Below the pieces are notes generated by a model that saw only the letters and a list, made by a program, of their open reading frames with translations, did not search any database and was not told the DNA's origin. DNA of 64,000 nucleotides from Eledone cirrhosa (taxonomy: Eukaryota), in NCBI GenBank assembly GCA_964016885.1, contig OZ024742.1, positions 111,166,001 to 111,230,000 of the forward strand. The letters run 5' to 3'. Both the position numbers and the translations under genes were made by a program. This document shows, in pieces, positions 12,040 to 26,394 of the stretch; within the stretch, counting starts at the first letter, position 1, and every line of letters begins with the position of its first letter.

Positions 12040-12226
12040 ATGGCGGTGGATTGGCAGTATCTGTAGAGGGTCGGACGCCATGCTTTCCAGCATAGTTACG
12101 TCCCTTTACGATCTGAGTTCAAATCCCGCGGAGGTTGACTTTGCCTTTCATCCTTACGGGGTCGATAAAATAAAGTACCAGTAATGAACTGGGTATTTGC
12201 TGGCCTTGTGCCTAAAGTAGAAACAA
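12040..12226 (+). mobile_element. Nin-domain SINE
   Basis: tRNA-like head with GAGTTCAAATCC, then TTGCCTTTCATCCTTACGGGGTCGATAAAATAAAGTACCAG; eight copies in the window. Confidence 0.85.
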
Positions 12227-13007
12227 ATATATACAATAAGAAATCTATTGATCTACAACAATGGAAAAATAGCATCACTGTTGTAAACAAGTTGAAAAAT
12301 AGTCCTTACGAACGAAGATCTAATTTTACTTCGATATGGAGATCATTGGTTCACTACCCTCAATGATTCTGATCAAAATTTAATAAATGTATTCCTGCAG
12401 AGACCCTCATTTCCAATATCGCTTACTATTCGGAGCCAAACGTAAATCAATAAACACGCAGTCGCACATGTACATGTGTGAACCACGTGGTAATGAAATT
12501 GAGGAGTGCATATTTATCAGACGATAAATATATCAATGAAGCAGTGAGGTTATAAGGCAGCGCAAATTTGTACAAACTGGTGGGATTATATATTCTAGAT
12601 TAAAGAAGACCAGCTTCTTGAGTCAGCTACAAAGGAGACGACAAACTGGCTTTCTCCAAGTATTGTGAAAGTAGAACATAGCTTTTCCTTAAACATCTAA
12701 TATCCATTTTCAAAATAGCATGACTTCTGATGTCAGTAGATATTAACCCAAACAAAACAGATTTCTTCCCCTTCAACATAACCACATATACTTTCAAATC
12801 ATTCTATAAACTGAATTGGAAATATAGATTTATAACTATGCCTGCCTTCCCTCTTAGTATGCACGAAAAATGACCCCGCAATACTCAACGCAGATTAACT
12901 AATTCATTTTCCTCTAAATAAATATGTTAAGCCATCTATTTACTTCACAATTAACGGCTTCAAAGATACGATACATTATAATTCAATACACATTAACCAA
13001 ATTATCC

Positions 13008-13090
13008 AAGAATAGATTTCAGTAGCCGCATGAAGACGCCTATATACTTTTTACATAAACAAATCACCTGCTGAAGTTCCTCATCAGCTT
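13008..13090 (-). ncRNA. Hammerhead motif with extended stem II
   Basis: Minus strand aag-CTGATGA-ggaacttcagcag...ctact-GAAA-tct-ATT-ctt; next to (TA)n. Confidence 0.5.
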
Positions 13091-13101
13091 ATATGGCAAC
13101 C

Positions 13102-13178
<77 letters not shown>

Positions 13179-13365
13179 TGTTATATTTGGGGATGGTCAT
13201 ATTGTTATAATATTGCCAGAAATAATAAAAAAACACACTCACTGTTTGGTTTGGATTGGATTTTCGCTTCTGTATCTTTTACATCTCCATAGTTAATTTA
13301 TCTGGCAATCAATGTTTATCGTTGATTGACCAACGGTTAAAAATACAGATATAAATATATATATA

Positions 13366-13405
13366 TCAAAGTTCTTTCGTTACACATCTGTGACATCATC
13401 AGTGG
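13366..13405 (-). ncRNA. Hammerhead motif in a PLE-end fragment (about 13183-13450) related to 54733-55321
   Basis: CTGATGA-t-gtcaca-gatg-tgtaac-GAAA-gaactt; terminus attgttatatttggggatggtcat resembles that at 54733. Confidence 0.65.
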
Positions 13406-14149
13406 TACTATTATGTTTCCTTCCCTTGTATTGTAATGTCTACGCCATTTTTGTTTAATTTACACAATATTCCCTTATAATCAAATTAGCTCAAGGAAAA
13501 AGTTCCGAGCCCTTCATAACACAATAAAGATAGAAGAACACACATATAAATACATATATATACGCGATACGCATGTGTTTTCCTCTTTTAACTCATCTGC
13601 GTATTTAGTCCTCTAAGAAATTTAGTATTGAGGAGTATATTTGTTTGAACATCCATTGATAAGCAATAACGGACCAATATGTCTCTTCACTGATTTGTGA
13701 AACAGTTTTTCCTTAAAACTGTCTGGATGTTGATAGTTATCATAATCAGTACGTATACCTTAATTTATTCTTTTGAGTTCTGTGAACCGTACTATCTATA
13801 GTGAATATATTCTCCACCTTGGTGGTTTTGTATCTATCCCTTATGATTTGATCACACACACACGCACACATAACACACACATGCATATATATATATTCTG
13901 CGTACGATGGCGATTATTGACAGAATTGTTTTATTCACTGAAGCGTTTTAGGCGTTTCAGTATTTTGATCTAAATAAAGTACCAGTTCAGAAGTATTCCT
14001 CACTTACCATCTCATATTATCCGGCAATTAGAAGGGAAGTAAGTGTCAAACCCAAACTAGCTATCTTCAATGTAGTTATCGTGTCTACCATAAGCTATGG
14101 TTAGGAATCTTGAGTAAATGACCAAAAGAAATACAAGCAGCTGAAATTG

Positions 14150-14480
14150 GGTCGAACCACATAGTTTTTTTTTCAGTACCGTTAAACGATAGAGTGCATG
14201 ACTAGGAGACCAGGGAATCTCTCGAGGAAGACTCGCTATCTCTCTAAATTGAGAGACCACAGAATATCTCAAGAAAGCATAACTGAGCACATTTTATGGG
14301 GAAAACCTATTGGCTGGGGACCCAGTGACAGACCTCGTGTAAGATGGTTAAATAGTAACCTAGAGATCGGCTGGTCTCACAATGGGATCCAGTGGGATCA
14401 ACTGGAGATAGTTGCTTCTGACAAGACCCGCTAGAAGGCATGGTTGAGGACCATGCGACCATGACCCTCAAAGCATTAAT
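14150..14480 (+). mobile_element. RTE-clade LINE 3' fragment
   Basis: HRISQESITEHILWGKPIGWGPSDRPRVRW matches the RTE C-terminal GRP..RW region. Confidence 0.55.
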
Positions 14481-15198
14481 TGGGCAAATAAGAAGAAGCA
14501 ATTAAATCATGGTGAATATATAAATAAAAGAAGAATGCAAAAGAAAATTGAAAAAATGAATGAGTTAAAACCAATGATAACAATAAATGTATCTTAATAG
14601 CCATAGCAGTAGTAGAATTGTGTTTTTTTTCCACTGATCCACTTTTAAATCAGGAGAAAAAATATAATTCAGTGAGTTTAACTTTGATTCTTGCTAACCT
14701 GCAATTCCTATTTCCTTTTAAAGATTTCGTGACGAAGCAAGCTGATTTAATATTCTTGAGAGCATGCCCTGAAGAAATTTAAATATGAAGCTAAATGAAC
14801 AATTACATTCTATAATATATGACATTTCCTTTCAATTTTTAACTTTTACACCTGGCCAATAAACTACTTTCATTGACTTCCTATAATTTCTCACTGTATT
14901 TTGTGTTGTTTAAATTTCGCTTCTTCTCGAAATCTTCGTTTCCTCCTATTCATTTCGAAGTCTGTCAATTTTCAGTAATGTGTCATGAAAAAATAAAATA
15001 AAATAAGTAAATTTGATAAAAATGATAAAATATGAAAAAAATATATCAAAGAAGGTATACAAAAAATTCATATGAAAAAATGAATATGACCGTATCTGTA
15101 GAAATTTAAATTACATTCGTACAGAACTTTACACTGAGGCAATATCTTGTTGGCAAAGATGTAACAAGTGAATAGGTAATATGCCTGCATTATATATT

Positions 15199-15373
15199 TG
15201 GCAGTATCGGTAGAGGGTCGGACGCCATGCTTCCTAGCATAGTTACGTCCCTTTACGATCTGAGTTCAAATCCCGCCGAGGTTGACTTTGCCTTTCATCC
15301 TTACGGGCTCGATAAAATAAAGTACCAGTAATGCACTGGGTAATTGCTGGCCTTGTGCCTAAAGTAGAAACAA
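15199..15373 (+). mobile_element. Nin-domain SINE
   Basis: Same family as 12040-12226. Confidence 0.85.
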
Positions 15374-15374
15374 T

Positions 15375-16370
15375 TATATTATAAATAGCTAACCTTTATC
15401 TAAGGAAACTAGTAGCGGGAAAGAAGAATATAAATGCAACGCTTATTAGAATCCAAGACAAAGAATAAGTAGACTTCATTTATTATAATAGCTTCCTGTT
15501 GACTGGTAGGCGGTGATTATACCATCTATCATTAAATTCCGTGGCAGTTGCTCCAACATACCTAAAGGTTCTATCAGGAGTGGAGACCTTACAGTCGTAG
15601 ACTATGTTTTGGTAAGGCATTTCCCAGCCATGGGTTAGGTGGCGGTGCTTCTGCAGTTACATTTTTTACTATCGATCTGGGTAGTTCCGGATGGACCACG
15701 GTACCTTTGGGGTTGGGTCTCAGTTCCAGTCTACTCATTGGGTAAATTCCCTGGGGTTCGGGAGACCCGACTCGCCTCACGTGTATGAGTAAGTTCCTCA
15801 ATAGAGCTGCCATTGTTCCTGCCATGCCTAATTCCCTCATTGGCTGTCCTAAGTCTACTATAATTCATCTTAGCTATATTCTGAGCTATGTTACTAGCTG
15901 TGGAGTAGGACAGCTTGATGGTATTTCTATTAAATATTTTATAATATCTGTGCGATCTAGGGAAGCATTTGTCTAACGCCCTAAAGAAACGCTTAGCTAT
16001 GCTAGTGGTCAGGCCAGTGGCGTAAGGGGGATTATACCACAGGACATTTCTGGTACGATGCCTCTTGTTCCTACTAACTATATTAGAATTACCTATCTCC
16101 CTAGTAGTTACTGGTCGATGGTGTCCTGCGGTGTCACGATTGTGTTCGGAATCGTCCCAAGTCTCCAGGGCGGTGTACCTCCGTGCGACTATTGGGGTTA
16201 CCCTCGATAGCTGGGGTTGTATCCACTATGCGTTTGCTACACTTGTCCCCATTCCCCCTACTCGACCATCGTTCCATACTGCGTTCAACGGTAGTTTTAT
16301 CGGTTCCACAATTAAGGTTACCATTACTTCACAATCCATCTATCTCTTATTGAAACATGTGATTAAATGA
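15375..16370 (-). mobile_element. Decayed Penelope-like element (GIY-YIG plus upstream linker)
   Basis: Minus strand with frameshifts: PWLGKCL...VYDCKVSTPDRTFRYVGATATEFNDRWYNH. Confidence 0.7.
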
Positions 16371-16632
16371 TTGGAATTTTACTTGCCTTCGGATTTTCAT
16401 TTTGATACTTATACTCCGTTTTACATCATCTAGCTGTTCCCTCGAATGAAATTGGAGATATACAAAAGCGTGGAGAACTTAATATTGCTAACATAAAGTT
16501 ATTGGACCATTTTACACAACCAATAATGCACTTTACTATATATATATATATATATACGAAGAATGAACTGTGATGTGAACTTATCTTTAAAACCCCGTCT
16601 GGGTCACGTAAGGAACACTCTTTAGTTTTTTA

Positions 16633-16672
16633 TGCCCTTGAGAAGCCCTTTCGGGCGAAACGTACTTAGGTG
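16633..16672 (+). ncRNA. Hammerhead-like variant in a ~150 bp PLE-tail insert (16558-16707) between TA tracts
   Basis: c-TTGAGAA-gccc-tttc-gggc-GAAA-cgta followed by AATAAA; perfect 4-bp stem II. Confidence 0.5.
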
Positions 16673-16723
16673 GTGCTTTAAATAAACATGTTTTAACGGT
16701 TTCTTCTCCTTTATATACTTCTC

Positions 16724-16784
<61 letters not shown>

Positions 16785-16804
16785 GTATATAGATATATAT
16801 TCAA

Positions 16805-18640
16805 ATTGTTCAGCTCAGTATTTTCTGCTTCAGCTGTTAACTGCCGCGGGCGAAAGCAGCTTGGTGTGGCGCCGGGTGGCAAAGAAGGACGCGTTTGTCC
16901 AATCAAGCCATGAAAATGCCATGTGAGTAAATAATGAGGCCTACAAAGCTTGGGTTTGAAATACGTCCCATTTCTTCTACTTGCGGTACAAGAAGGCACA
17001 ATGAATGGCTGTAGAGACAGTAAAGGCGTCCAAAGTTAAGGCATGGGAGGATTTGGGTTAAGTTGGAATTCGACTTCAGATCATCAAATGAAGTGTTCTG
17101 GCAGACCATCCGCCGAATTCGTAATAAGAAGTCTCCATCCACACATGCAATCAGAAAGGCATCTAGGTTATCTTCTCTTCAGAGAGGTGCATCCACGCGA
17201 AGTGCTGAGAATACATTACTGATCTCCTAAACCAGATCTCAACAGTATCTTTTGATATAAACGAGGAGCATCTGACAAAGATGGCTAATCTCTCAGAGGC
17301 TGAGGCGACAAGGTCAATTAAAGAGCTCAAATGGGGCAAGGCCGCTGTGCGCGAAGAAACCCGGTCGGTGTTGTTAAACGCCTTAACTAGAGAAGGTATT
17401 CTCTGGCTGACACGTATGTGCCGAATGTCCTGGATCCTATGCAATGGCAATCAGCAGTGATAATCCAATTTTTTAAAAAAAGGAGACAGGAGAGATTGTT
17501 CCAATTACAGAAGAGCTCCCTTGTTAAGCCACCCTGGTAACGTCTATGAAAAGTGTCTGTCAAAACGATGTAGTGAGATTGTCGGGTTCAAGCTAGCTGA
17601 TGAACAGTGTTGTGTTCGCATTAACACATTACAGCAGATCAAATTTTCAAACTGCGGCAGTTCTTTGAGTAATCGTGGGCGTATTGCTAAGATGTATATT
17701 CTTGTTTTGAAGAACCTGAAAAAACATATTCCTCGGGAACTGCTGTAGAAATTTGTGCAAGAGTATGCGACTGATGGTTAGCTTTTTATTGCACTATACG
17801 AATTCCCATGTATTTGTTCTAATAAATGGTGCTAAATCGAAGCTATTCGCTGTGAAATCAGACACCACGACCGGTGCCTATTGTCACCTCTCCTGTATTT
17901 TAATTTCATGAAAAGGTTTGACACGGACAGTCGTGGTGTCATGAGTGGCTTGTGTAAAATCGGCTGACTAGAATTTGGAGACGACATAGTGTTACTTAAC
18001 TCGACAGAAGGCCATCTCCAACTTGCACCTGATAGGTTTAATGCCGAATACTGCATGGCTGGAATGAACTCTGCATGTGAAAGGAGTTCCACTGAAATAA
18101 GTGGAGTAGCTCAGATATCTCTGGGCGTTGTTAACGAGTGATGGGAGGCAGGAGGTTGTATTAAGTGCAAGAATTGCAGAGCACGGTGCATTTGGTAATC
18201 AGAAAGAAGGAGGTAGGTGTAGATACTGAACTCGCTGTCATTATTTTTGCCAAATCTTACTTATGATTATAAATCTTGTGTTATGACCGAAAGAATACGA
18301 TCACAAATACAAGTTACCAAAATGGGATTCATCCGAATTGTCATTGGAGTAATGTTACTCAACAGAGTGCGTAGCTCGGAGATTAGAGTCTGTACAAGTA
18401 GAGTCACTACTTCTCCAAAGTGAGAGATCACTGCATCGATACTAAAGGCAGGTGGTTAGAATGTCTCAGGAAAAGATGTTACCGGCAAATCCAACCGGCA
18501 GGCCTCCCAGAGTAGATATCGAGCAAGATAGTTGGATAACATGAAGAAGCTCACCTGGATGTCGCTTGCGGATCCAGCCGGATCAGTTTGGAGACGGTTG
18601 CTCCTGACAGGACTCACTTGAAGGAGTGTTAGAGGACTCT
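16805..18640 (+). mobile_element. Heavily decayed RTE-clade LINE (RT to 3' end)
   Basis: Remnant motifs VFWQTIRRIR, IPIFKKGDRRDCSNYR, LSPLLYF, FGDDIVL; many stops; 3' part homologous to 54107-54580. Confidence 0.8.
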
Positions 18641-19239
18641 GCTCCTATGCTTGCGTGTGTTTGTGCAGTAGTCGTGGCAGTGCATCGTTAGAAAGCAACA
18701 TTTCTCTCTCTACTCTGATTTTTCCCCTTCAGGTGAAATCTGAAGAAGAAAATTAGGGCTTCCCTGAACAGGCAACTGCTTGTCTTCAACCCTTTCAAGC
18801 GCCAGCACCACACTCTTTCGCCGAGGTCACCAGGCAGATAAAAACTGCCTTACCGTCCCCTCTAAAGGAAGACAGCGGAAGGATCTTCACAATGGACTCA
18901 GTTGATAGTCGTATCCGTCCCACATGTGACAGCAGGTGATTAACATAAACCCAGAGGTCAGCAATACTCGGACACTCTGCAAAGTTGGGCAGAGCTGGCG
19001 AACACGCAGAGGGCGTGTGTTATCAACTGCCGACTAACCGCCCTGTCTTAATAATAATAATTATTGTTATTTTTGAATTTTGCACATGAGGGGCCATGCC
19101 ACACATGCTTTTGAGGTTTGCATTTGACATTTGTCGACAATTGACACAAAGTTCTGTTATGATATTTTGCATAAGGTAGTATTTAATCCACTGGAGAAAT
19201 ATCTTCCTTGTAATCAATGTGGAACGGGTTAAACCTTCC

Positions 19240-21600
19240 GTTCCAAAACGGTATTTTATTATTATCTTCAAGAAAAATTAAAATATAGCCAATTCTGTTA
19301 CTGTTAACATAAATGAGTCAGCATTTTTAGTAGTTGTTGAAGCTAGCAGCAAGGTAAACGAGATGGAATCATCATTCACCGAGAATGATTCAGCAGTTTT
19401 CGTATCAGCAGAGGAAGCTAAGAATTATACCTACTACGAACATCAAAAAGGCAATAACAACACCAATAATAACAAAAGCAAAAACCAAAACATATGTACA
19501 GATTTTGAAAGTTACCGTACAACAGCAATACCATTGCCCACAACAAGTCGTCTACAAATGCCAAAGAATAAAACATATCGTTGCAGCAAAAACAGCAACA
19601 AACATCATGGTGGATTTAATTATTTTCCGAGAAGTGAAGCGCCTCATACAGAGAAACGGTAGGGAAGTCCAAATGTACAGAAATGTGCAATTATTTACAA
19701 TTGTGTAAAGCTTCACAATAAACGCCGGGAGAGATATTCTTTTTTGGAAGCCCAATGGGTCTGAAAGGAAGTATGGGCAATACAAACAACATTTGTTTCG
19801 AGAGGAAGGGAATATGAGACGATAGGAGAGAGATTTTCATCGGAAAACGAATCGAAGGCTCACTCTATCAACCACTTAAAAAGAGAAGATTGTCTGTTAA
19901 TCCAAACGTATATGTGGAAATATGAAGGAAAGGTGACAGTGAAAGATATGCTGGCTGAGGTAAAGATCCGTGTGGCTAGTAGCTGCCCTCGTGTAGAACA
20001 AAATCTATAATAAAAACGTCCCCCAAACCCAAAGATAATGTCAAGAGAGCTGGTCTGGATTTGGGAGAGGATTTTGCTCCAAATAGATCAGGAAAAGCTA
20101 TAAAGAATTCCTGATATCATTGAACTACTAGATGGCAAATAACTGTTTATAGCCGTTGCAGGAAGCAGGGCCCGATGTTACTTACATATGCAAAGCAAAC
20201 ACCCATCTAATTACTTTCTCCCGCAAACAGCCAAGAAAAGAACGAATAACCGCACCCTTACAGCAGCAACAACACTACCAACATCAAACCTGCCTAAAAC
20301 AACATCAAAAACAGCAGAAGCAGCAAAAGCAGCAACGACAGCAGCAATACCAGAAGCAACAGTAGCAACACACTAGGCTGATACTGAAGCAGCAGTACGA
20401 CCTACAGCATCATAAACAACGCACGTGGAAAACATAGCCTTATCCGTCGTCACACAATAGGATATGAAATGTGTCGAAGGTACGGAGTGGCGAACCGTCT
20501 TCCATAACAGAAATAAGAAAACAACACTCTGGACTCACGTTCAAAATGGAAGAGAATACATGCTAAAGTCTTGAGGCAACTAATACTTCCTGCACCACCA
20601 AAACCACCATTACCACATCACCACCATAACAACACAAACAACAAACAACAAATGCTACAAACAACAACATCGCAAGCACAACCAAAGCCACATCTGCAAC
20701 AACAAACACAAAATCAACAATATAAACAAACCACATAAATTACACGGCCACAAGCACAATCAAGAAACAAATGTACAACAAAACACAACGGCACCATTAG
20801 ACAGAACGACCACATCAGCCCCCCCCCCCCCCACAAAAAAAAATTGCACTACAGACATGCATACAGATAATTAAATCTCACAACATCTACGTGGTCTGGG
20901 GCCGTCTTGGAAGCAAGGCCTGTTGCTCACTGATCTCAGGTGGTCACTGAACATATATGGGTTAGCCATCAGTGAGATCAGGAATTCCGAGCCACGAATA
21001 GTTGCACCCATTTTCGACAGCAAGCTTCGGAAAGGCATGGCTTTCGCGATACAGGGCATCTTCCTGGACTCAGAAGGTACGTTGGCAGGGCTGGAGGTTA
21101 CCTGAAGCTGAGGGTATACCTTCCGGATAGGAGATGACAGAGGCAGGCGCCTGGAGAAAATTTGCGATCGTCCCACTATTTAGTGTTAGTGAGCGACTGG
21201 AACAGTATCTTAGGGACATGATGGGACTGTATGAGACAAGCAGATGGAGCAGCGCGGTGTAAGAGCTTCGCAAACCTGCTCAGACTTTTCCAACTGTCTG
21301 CCAGTTACAGACTAGACTTCACAATTCTGCCAATGTAGACATGGTCAAACCACATCAGAACGCCAGATCGTATGCAGTTAGTGTATTACATAGAGAAATA
21401 GATACGAATAGCATAGAGTATTCATCTTTCGAAGTAGTCGACAACATAAACCTCAAATATGTGATGTATGTTTTCGACTTAGGCTTCATAGATAGACTTG
21501 TGTACTAGAAGGTAAACGTGTCGTAGTCAACAATTTTTTAAAAGCAAATAAGCCCCCCGATGTTTCAGAGCGCGATTAATTCCCCCTGATTTAGATCTAA
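19240..21600 (+). mobile_element. Decayed 5' half of a Tx1-like LINE (ORF1 plus APE endonuclease)
   Basis: Similar to 46471-48700: SFTENDSAVFVS, zinc-knuckle remnant, Q/T-rich tract, then LRGLGPSWKQGLLLTDLR...AISEIR. Confidence 0.65.
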
Positions 21601-21768
21601 TTTATTATCTGTAACTCAATTGAAGACCGTCAGGGGTTAACCTCTTACCGTGCTATTTTTAATGGCAATATTTGGTCATCGGTTTCTCTAAAATATTTAC
21701 ATCTGCGTTCATATAAGTGTTAAAGTAGAAATTGTTTGTGGGAATAATACATATTTGCTCTACAGGCT

Positions 21769-21847
<79 letters not shown>

Positions 21848-21877
21848 AGACATGTGTGTGTATACAGATACACACAT

Positions 21878-21923
<46 letters not shown>

Positions 21924-22280
21924 GAATGTCTGCGTCTTTCTATGATACACTCGAATGTAGATTTTTACACATGCACGTGTGTGTGTGACTGTGTGCGATG
22001 CCATAATTAATGTAAATACTGTGTCTATTTGCGTCGATTTAACAAAGCACAACACACCAGATGTTGTTAAATACAGCTATAGTCTATATTGTATCTAATA
22101 ATACCAATATATTCCAAAGTAAAAATAAAACGAAGCAATTATCTGATATGATTGGACCAAAACCAGAAAATATAACTATATATGGTTCATTTAAATGTTT
22201 ATAATGTTTAAATCTGTTTCGAAGAAATGACGAGGTCACAGAATTGTGGACATGGACACAAAACATTTTCTGTATAAATA

Positions 22281-22368
22281 ATTGTTTCTACTTTAGGCAC
22301 AAGGCCAGCAATTATCCCAGTGTATTACTGGTACTTTATTTTATCGACCCCGTAAGGATGAAAGGCAA
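22281..22368 (-). mobile_element. Nin-domain SINE 3' fragment
   Basis: Reverse complement of the 3' half of the SINE at 15199. Confidence 0.8.
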
Positions 22369-22562
22369 AAATAATAGGACTATTTTATAGTTAGATATTT
22401 CTCACATACTTTATTTTGATATAATTTCATGTTTTCGTTCCATCACTACACCATCCATTATATACAACGTCTAAAACTTAGATACACATTCAATTTGTCC
22501 TCCTCAATCTGTATGTAAAATCTTTTTCTCTCGATCTCTTTCATTCGTTAAACAAACACACA

Positions 22563-22597
<35 letters not shown>

Positions 22598-22851
22598 GGA
22601 ATAGAATGAAACGAAATTTCATTTCTCACTCTTCTTACGGCAGTTACTTAAATGTAAGTATGTATGTATGTATGTATACGTACATACATATATGTATACA
22701 GATGTACAGTAGTATGTATATATATACATACATGCACACATATATATATGCACGTATCGGTTTACCGAAAATTTATTATAATGTTCGGTTTGTTTGGTGA
22801 CGTGAACACTGTACGGCATAATTCGGGCTGTTTGTTTGTTTACAGATAAGG

Positions 22852-22980
22852 AAAATATCAGATAAGGAAAATATTTACTTACAAGTATATCACCAGCTGT
22901 TGTCAAAAGCAATCAATGATTGTTTTTGACAACAGCTGGTGATATACTTGTAAGTAAATATTTTCCTTATCTGATATTTT
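22852..22980. repeat. Near-perfect palindrome, 64-bp arms, 1-nt loop
   Basis: 22852-22915 pairs with 22917-22980 with a single G-T wobble. Confidence 0.95.
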
Positions 22981-23244
22981 GTAACTAACCTTACATAGAT
23001 CGATAACGAAGTATGGTTACGATGTATTATCATCACCTAGAAACGATTGTAAAGCAGTGAAGTATATTTCTAATGACTTAAATTTTTATTTCATTGTTTT
23101 AACTTATATCATGACTCTGTTTTACTTTTAATGTTTTATTGATTTCCGGGATTTATATATATATTTGCTCAACATTTTCAACATATGGATTGCATTGAGT
23201 TCTTCATGCAGACTAGACCACACAACTTACCGTGGATATTTCTC

Positions 23245-23313
<69 letters not shown>

Positions 23314-23699
23314 CCATTACTGATTTTCCTTGTATTATATATATATATAATGCATAATATATACTATTATATATATAATACAAGGAAAAAGCAGGAATGT
23401 TTAGGTAGAAAGAATTGGTTAGAAGGAGAGAAATTTATTGAGAGTTCGGTCATTAGTATCTATGTGGTCTAGGTGTATATGGTAGTTATTGATAGATTCG
23501 GTGTGAAGATGTGGGCCATACTAATATAACAAACAACAAAAGCGCCTTGATGGCACCTACATCTCGACGCATTCGGAACGTAAGCTGACGACATCTGACT
23601 TTGAAAGAGATATATCCCGGCCTACCACGCATATCTGTCATTGTACATAAAAGGATAGTAAGATTTGCCAATTCGTTTTCGAGTACGGCCACTACTGTA

Positions 23700-23990
23700 T
23701 ATCCATGTAGGAGAACCCCTACCGATGCGCTGAACGAGTGTGACATTTTAGTCCAGCCAGCGACTTGAAAACTCTGGTACAAACACTACACTTGTGACAA
23801 TAGTGCTGGGCCCATGGTACCATGTGACGACAAGTGCAGAGAGATCTCCAGATATAAAGCAATGCCTGTGCCGTGAAGCTTTTATAGTGAGCAAAGGCAC
23901 TGCACAAAGCCAGTCCCACTCTCTTAACCAAGATGATATTTACCAAAAAGAAGAACAAGTCAACATCATTGGATACCATCAGGGTTGCAG
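23700..23990 (-). mobile_element. RTE-like LINE 3' end with C2H2 finger
   Basis: HKCSVCTRVFKSLAGLKCHTRSAH; similar motif at 39600-39762. Confidence 0.5.
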
Positions 23991-24326
23991 GTGTTATATC
24001 AGAGTTTTCCTTCTCCTAGAATTCTGCCTTGACAAAGGCTAAGGGGTCATCTCTCCCGGTGATTTTGGATGGCCATTGACTCTTAAGAGCTCCTTTGCCC
24101 TTTGACAGGTTTTGTTTTTAGTCCTACAGGATGTCCAAAGTCACCCTCCTCACCAAGAAACCTTGGTGGGGTTGCCAGTTTAGTCGCCAACGATCCGACC
24201 ATGAGACAGGTTGTACTGGGATACATATTACCAGTAGCACCAACTGGTGACCTGACACATACATACATACATACATACATACATACATACATACATACAT
24301 ACATACATACATACATACATACATAC

Positions 24327-24963
24327 AAAGATCGAGGATGTAAACCACATTGTTGCCAGCTGCGAAAGAATGTCATCTCGCTACTACCTCCCCATGAGAC
24401 ACGATGGGATAGCTAGAACTATCTGGAACGCACTTCGGAAAACAAAATTAACAACAAACGAGGAAGAATATATTGAGACAGATGGCACTAAGGAATACTG
24501 GTGGAACCTGAAAATAAAAACTGCCACCAAATTAAAGCACAACCGGCCTGATATTGTAGTTTGGGACCACACATTGAAAACGTGTTCTGTTGTGGAGATC
24601 AGCTGCCCACTTGATGTAAACGTTGTCAGAAAAATACAGGAGAAGGAGGACATCTACGGACCATTGATGAGGAGCTTACAAATCCAGTATCCAAGATACA
24701 CCTTTAGCTTCATACCCATCATTATTGGTGCTACGGGTTATATACCAACCCGCTTGGACCAAAGTATGACCGAACTTGGATTTGCGGACAAAAAGCGCAG
24801 CTCCCTAATTCATAGTCTACAAATGGCTGCGATAGCTGGCACCTTCAAAATATGCAAAACATTCTTGCGATTCAAGGGATGACAATTTCTTTTCTTTTAC
24901 AACCTTGCCACCAGGAAGGTGGCCGGTCAAAAAAATATACTCGAAATTAAGAGAAAGAGAAAA
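24327..24963 (+). mobile_element. R4/Dong-like LINE 3' end (restriction-like endonuclease) inserted in (TACA)n
   Basis: HIVASC...RHD...HNRPDIVVWD..CSVVEISCP..EKEDIY; (CATA)n directly on both sides. Confidence 0.85.
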
Positions 24964-24974
24964 CATACATACAT

Positions 24975-25134
<160 letters not shown>

Positions 25135-25373
25135 CATATACTCGTTTAATTATTAATTTTCCTTATTTTCGCCTATTTTTACATTTGTATACTTTGCTTA
25201 TTTTTAATAATTTTCGCCTCTTATTATTGGCTTATTATTTCCGCCTACCACATCTGTATCATTTCTACACCGACATTCTATGTGTGCCAGTGTATTATAG
25301 ATGGGAGTAGTTGACGGAAAGGGATTCTTGTTGCAAAATGCAGTGATCTCACCTTTGACTATAAACATTTTAC

Positions 25374-25478
25374 TCTTTCTGATGAAGTGCAATAACTTTA
25401 CGTGATGATTGTGATAGAGCATTGGACTATGCAGTCAGCGCATTTATATTGATATTGTACAGAAACATTCGTTAAGGA
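25374..25478 (+). ncRNA. Type I hammerhead ribozyme with extended stem II
   Basis: tcttt-CTGATGA-a-gtgcaata...tattgtac-a-GAAA-cattc-GTT-aagga; 5-bp stem I, 8-bp stem II; related to 61111-61216. Confidence 0.75.
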
Positions 25479-26394
25479 CCGAACTCTCAATAGATTCTTC
25501 TCCTTTTAACCAATTTTTTGAAATAGGTAGGTAGAAGGGGACAGAAGAATTGTCACAGCAAAAACATGCTAAAATAAATGGAGAATAGAAATGGCTGTGT
25601 AGTTGTTATTTAAGGTAACTTAAAATGCAGTTAGAATACGAAGAAAGCAAGAACAGAGGGGGTGGAGAGTCCTCATCAGTTGTCTACTTGGGGACTCGGA
25701 GATTTCTACGCTTTAAAGACAAAATACCATTTTACTCCAGGGCGTCAATAACTGGGTAAGTTATTGGGAAAACGAAGGAAGGAGGGAATATATATATATA
25801 TATATATATACTATATTATATTTTGAGAATAAACTCTCAGTCGTTTACAATAATTAAGCTCCAGGAAAAGGGGCTCTTCCGAGCAGTTAAATACATTAAA
25901 ATATATGATAAACACGAAATGTGTTTACATTGCAACAGACAAAGTTAGCTATTAATGAAATAAATTAATTAAAGTGAATACAATTTGTCTGTCTCGATAT
26001 AAGTCAATAAAGACAATATTATATTGGCAACGGCCATGATTCCTGGACAGATTCAAATTTCAAAATTCAAACCTGTTCTGTAGACGAATTTGAACCTCGA
26101 AACCCAAATCAGTTTCGCAACGGTGGTATGTGAATTGAAAAATAAAGAGAATCGAAATGGAATAGAAATAAAAAAGTGAAATATCCAAATCTTCTGTGCT
26201 TATCAACAGGAACCCAGTAAAATTAGTACATCTCACATCAAAAATTTTGCATGTCTGACTACACGTGCGTAGGCAGGCCAAACTAGCCGTCCCACATTCA
26301 CGGTGCTAGAAATAACAGCCGCTTATGCAGGATTAAAGATCAGCTCTACAATAAAGGAGCCATACACTATATTATATATATATATATATATATA

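Noticed and set aside
25660-25690. Minus-strand CTGATGAGG
   Set aside because: No GAAA or stem II partner nearby
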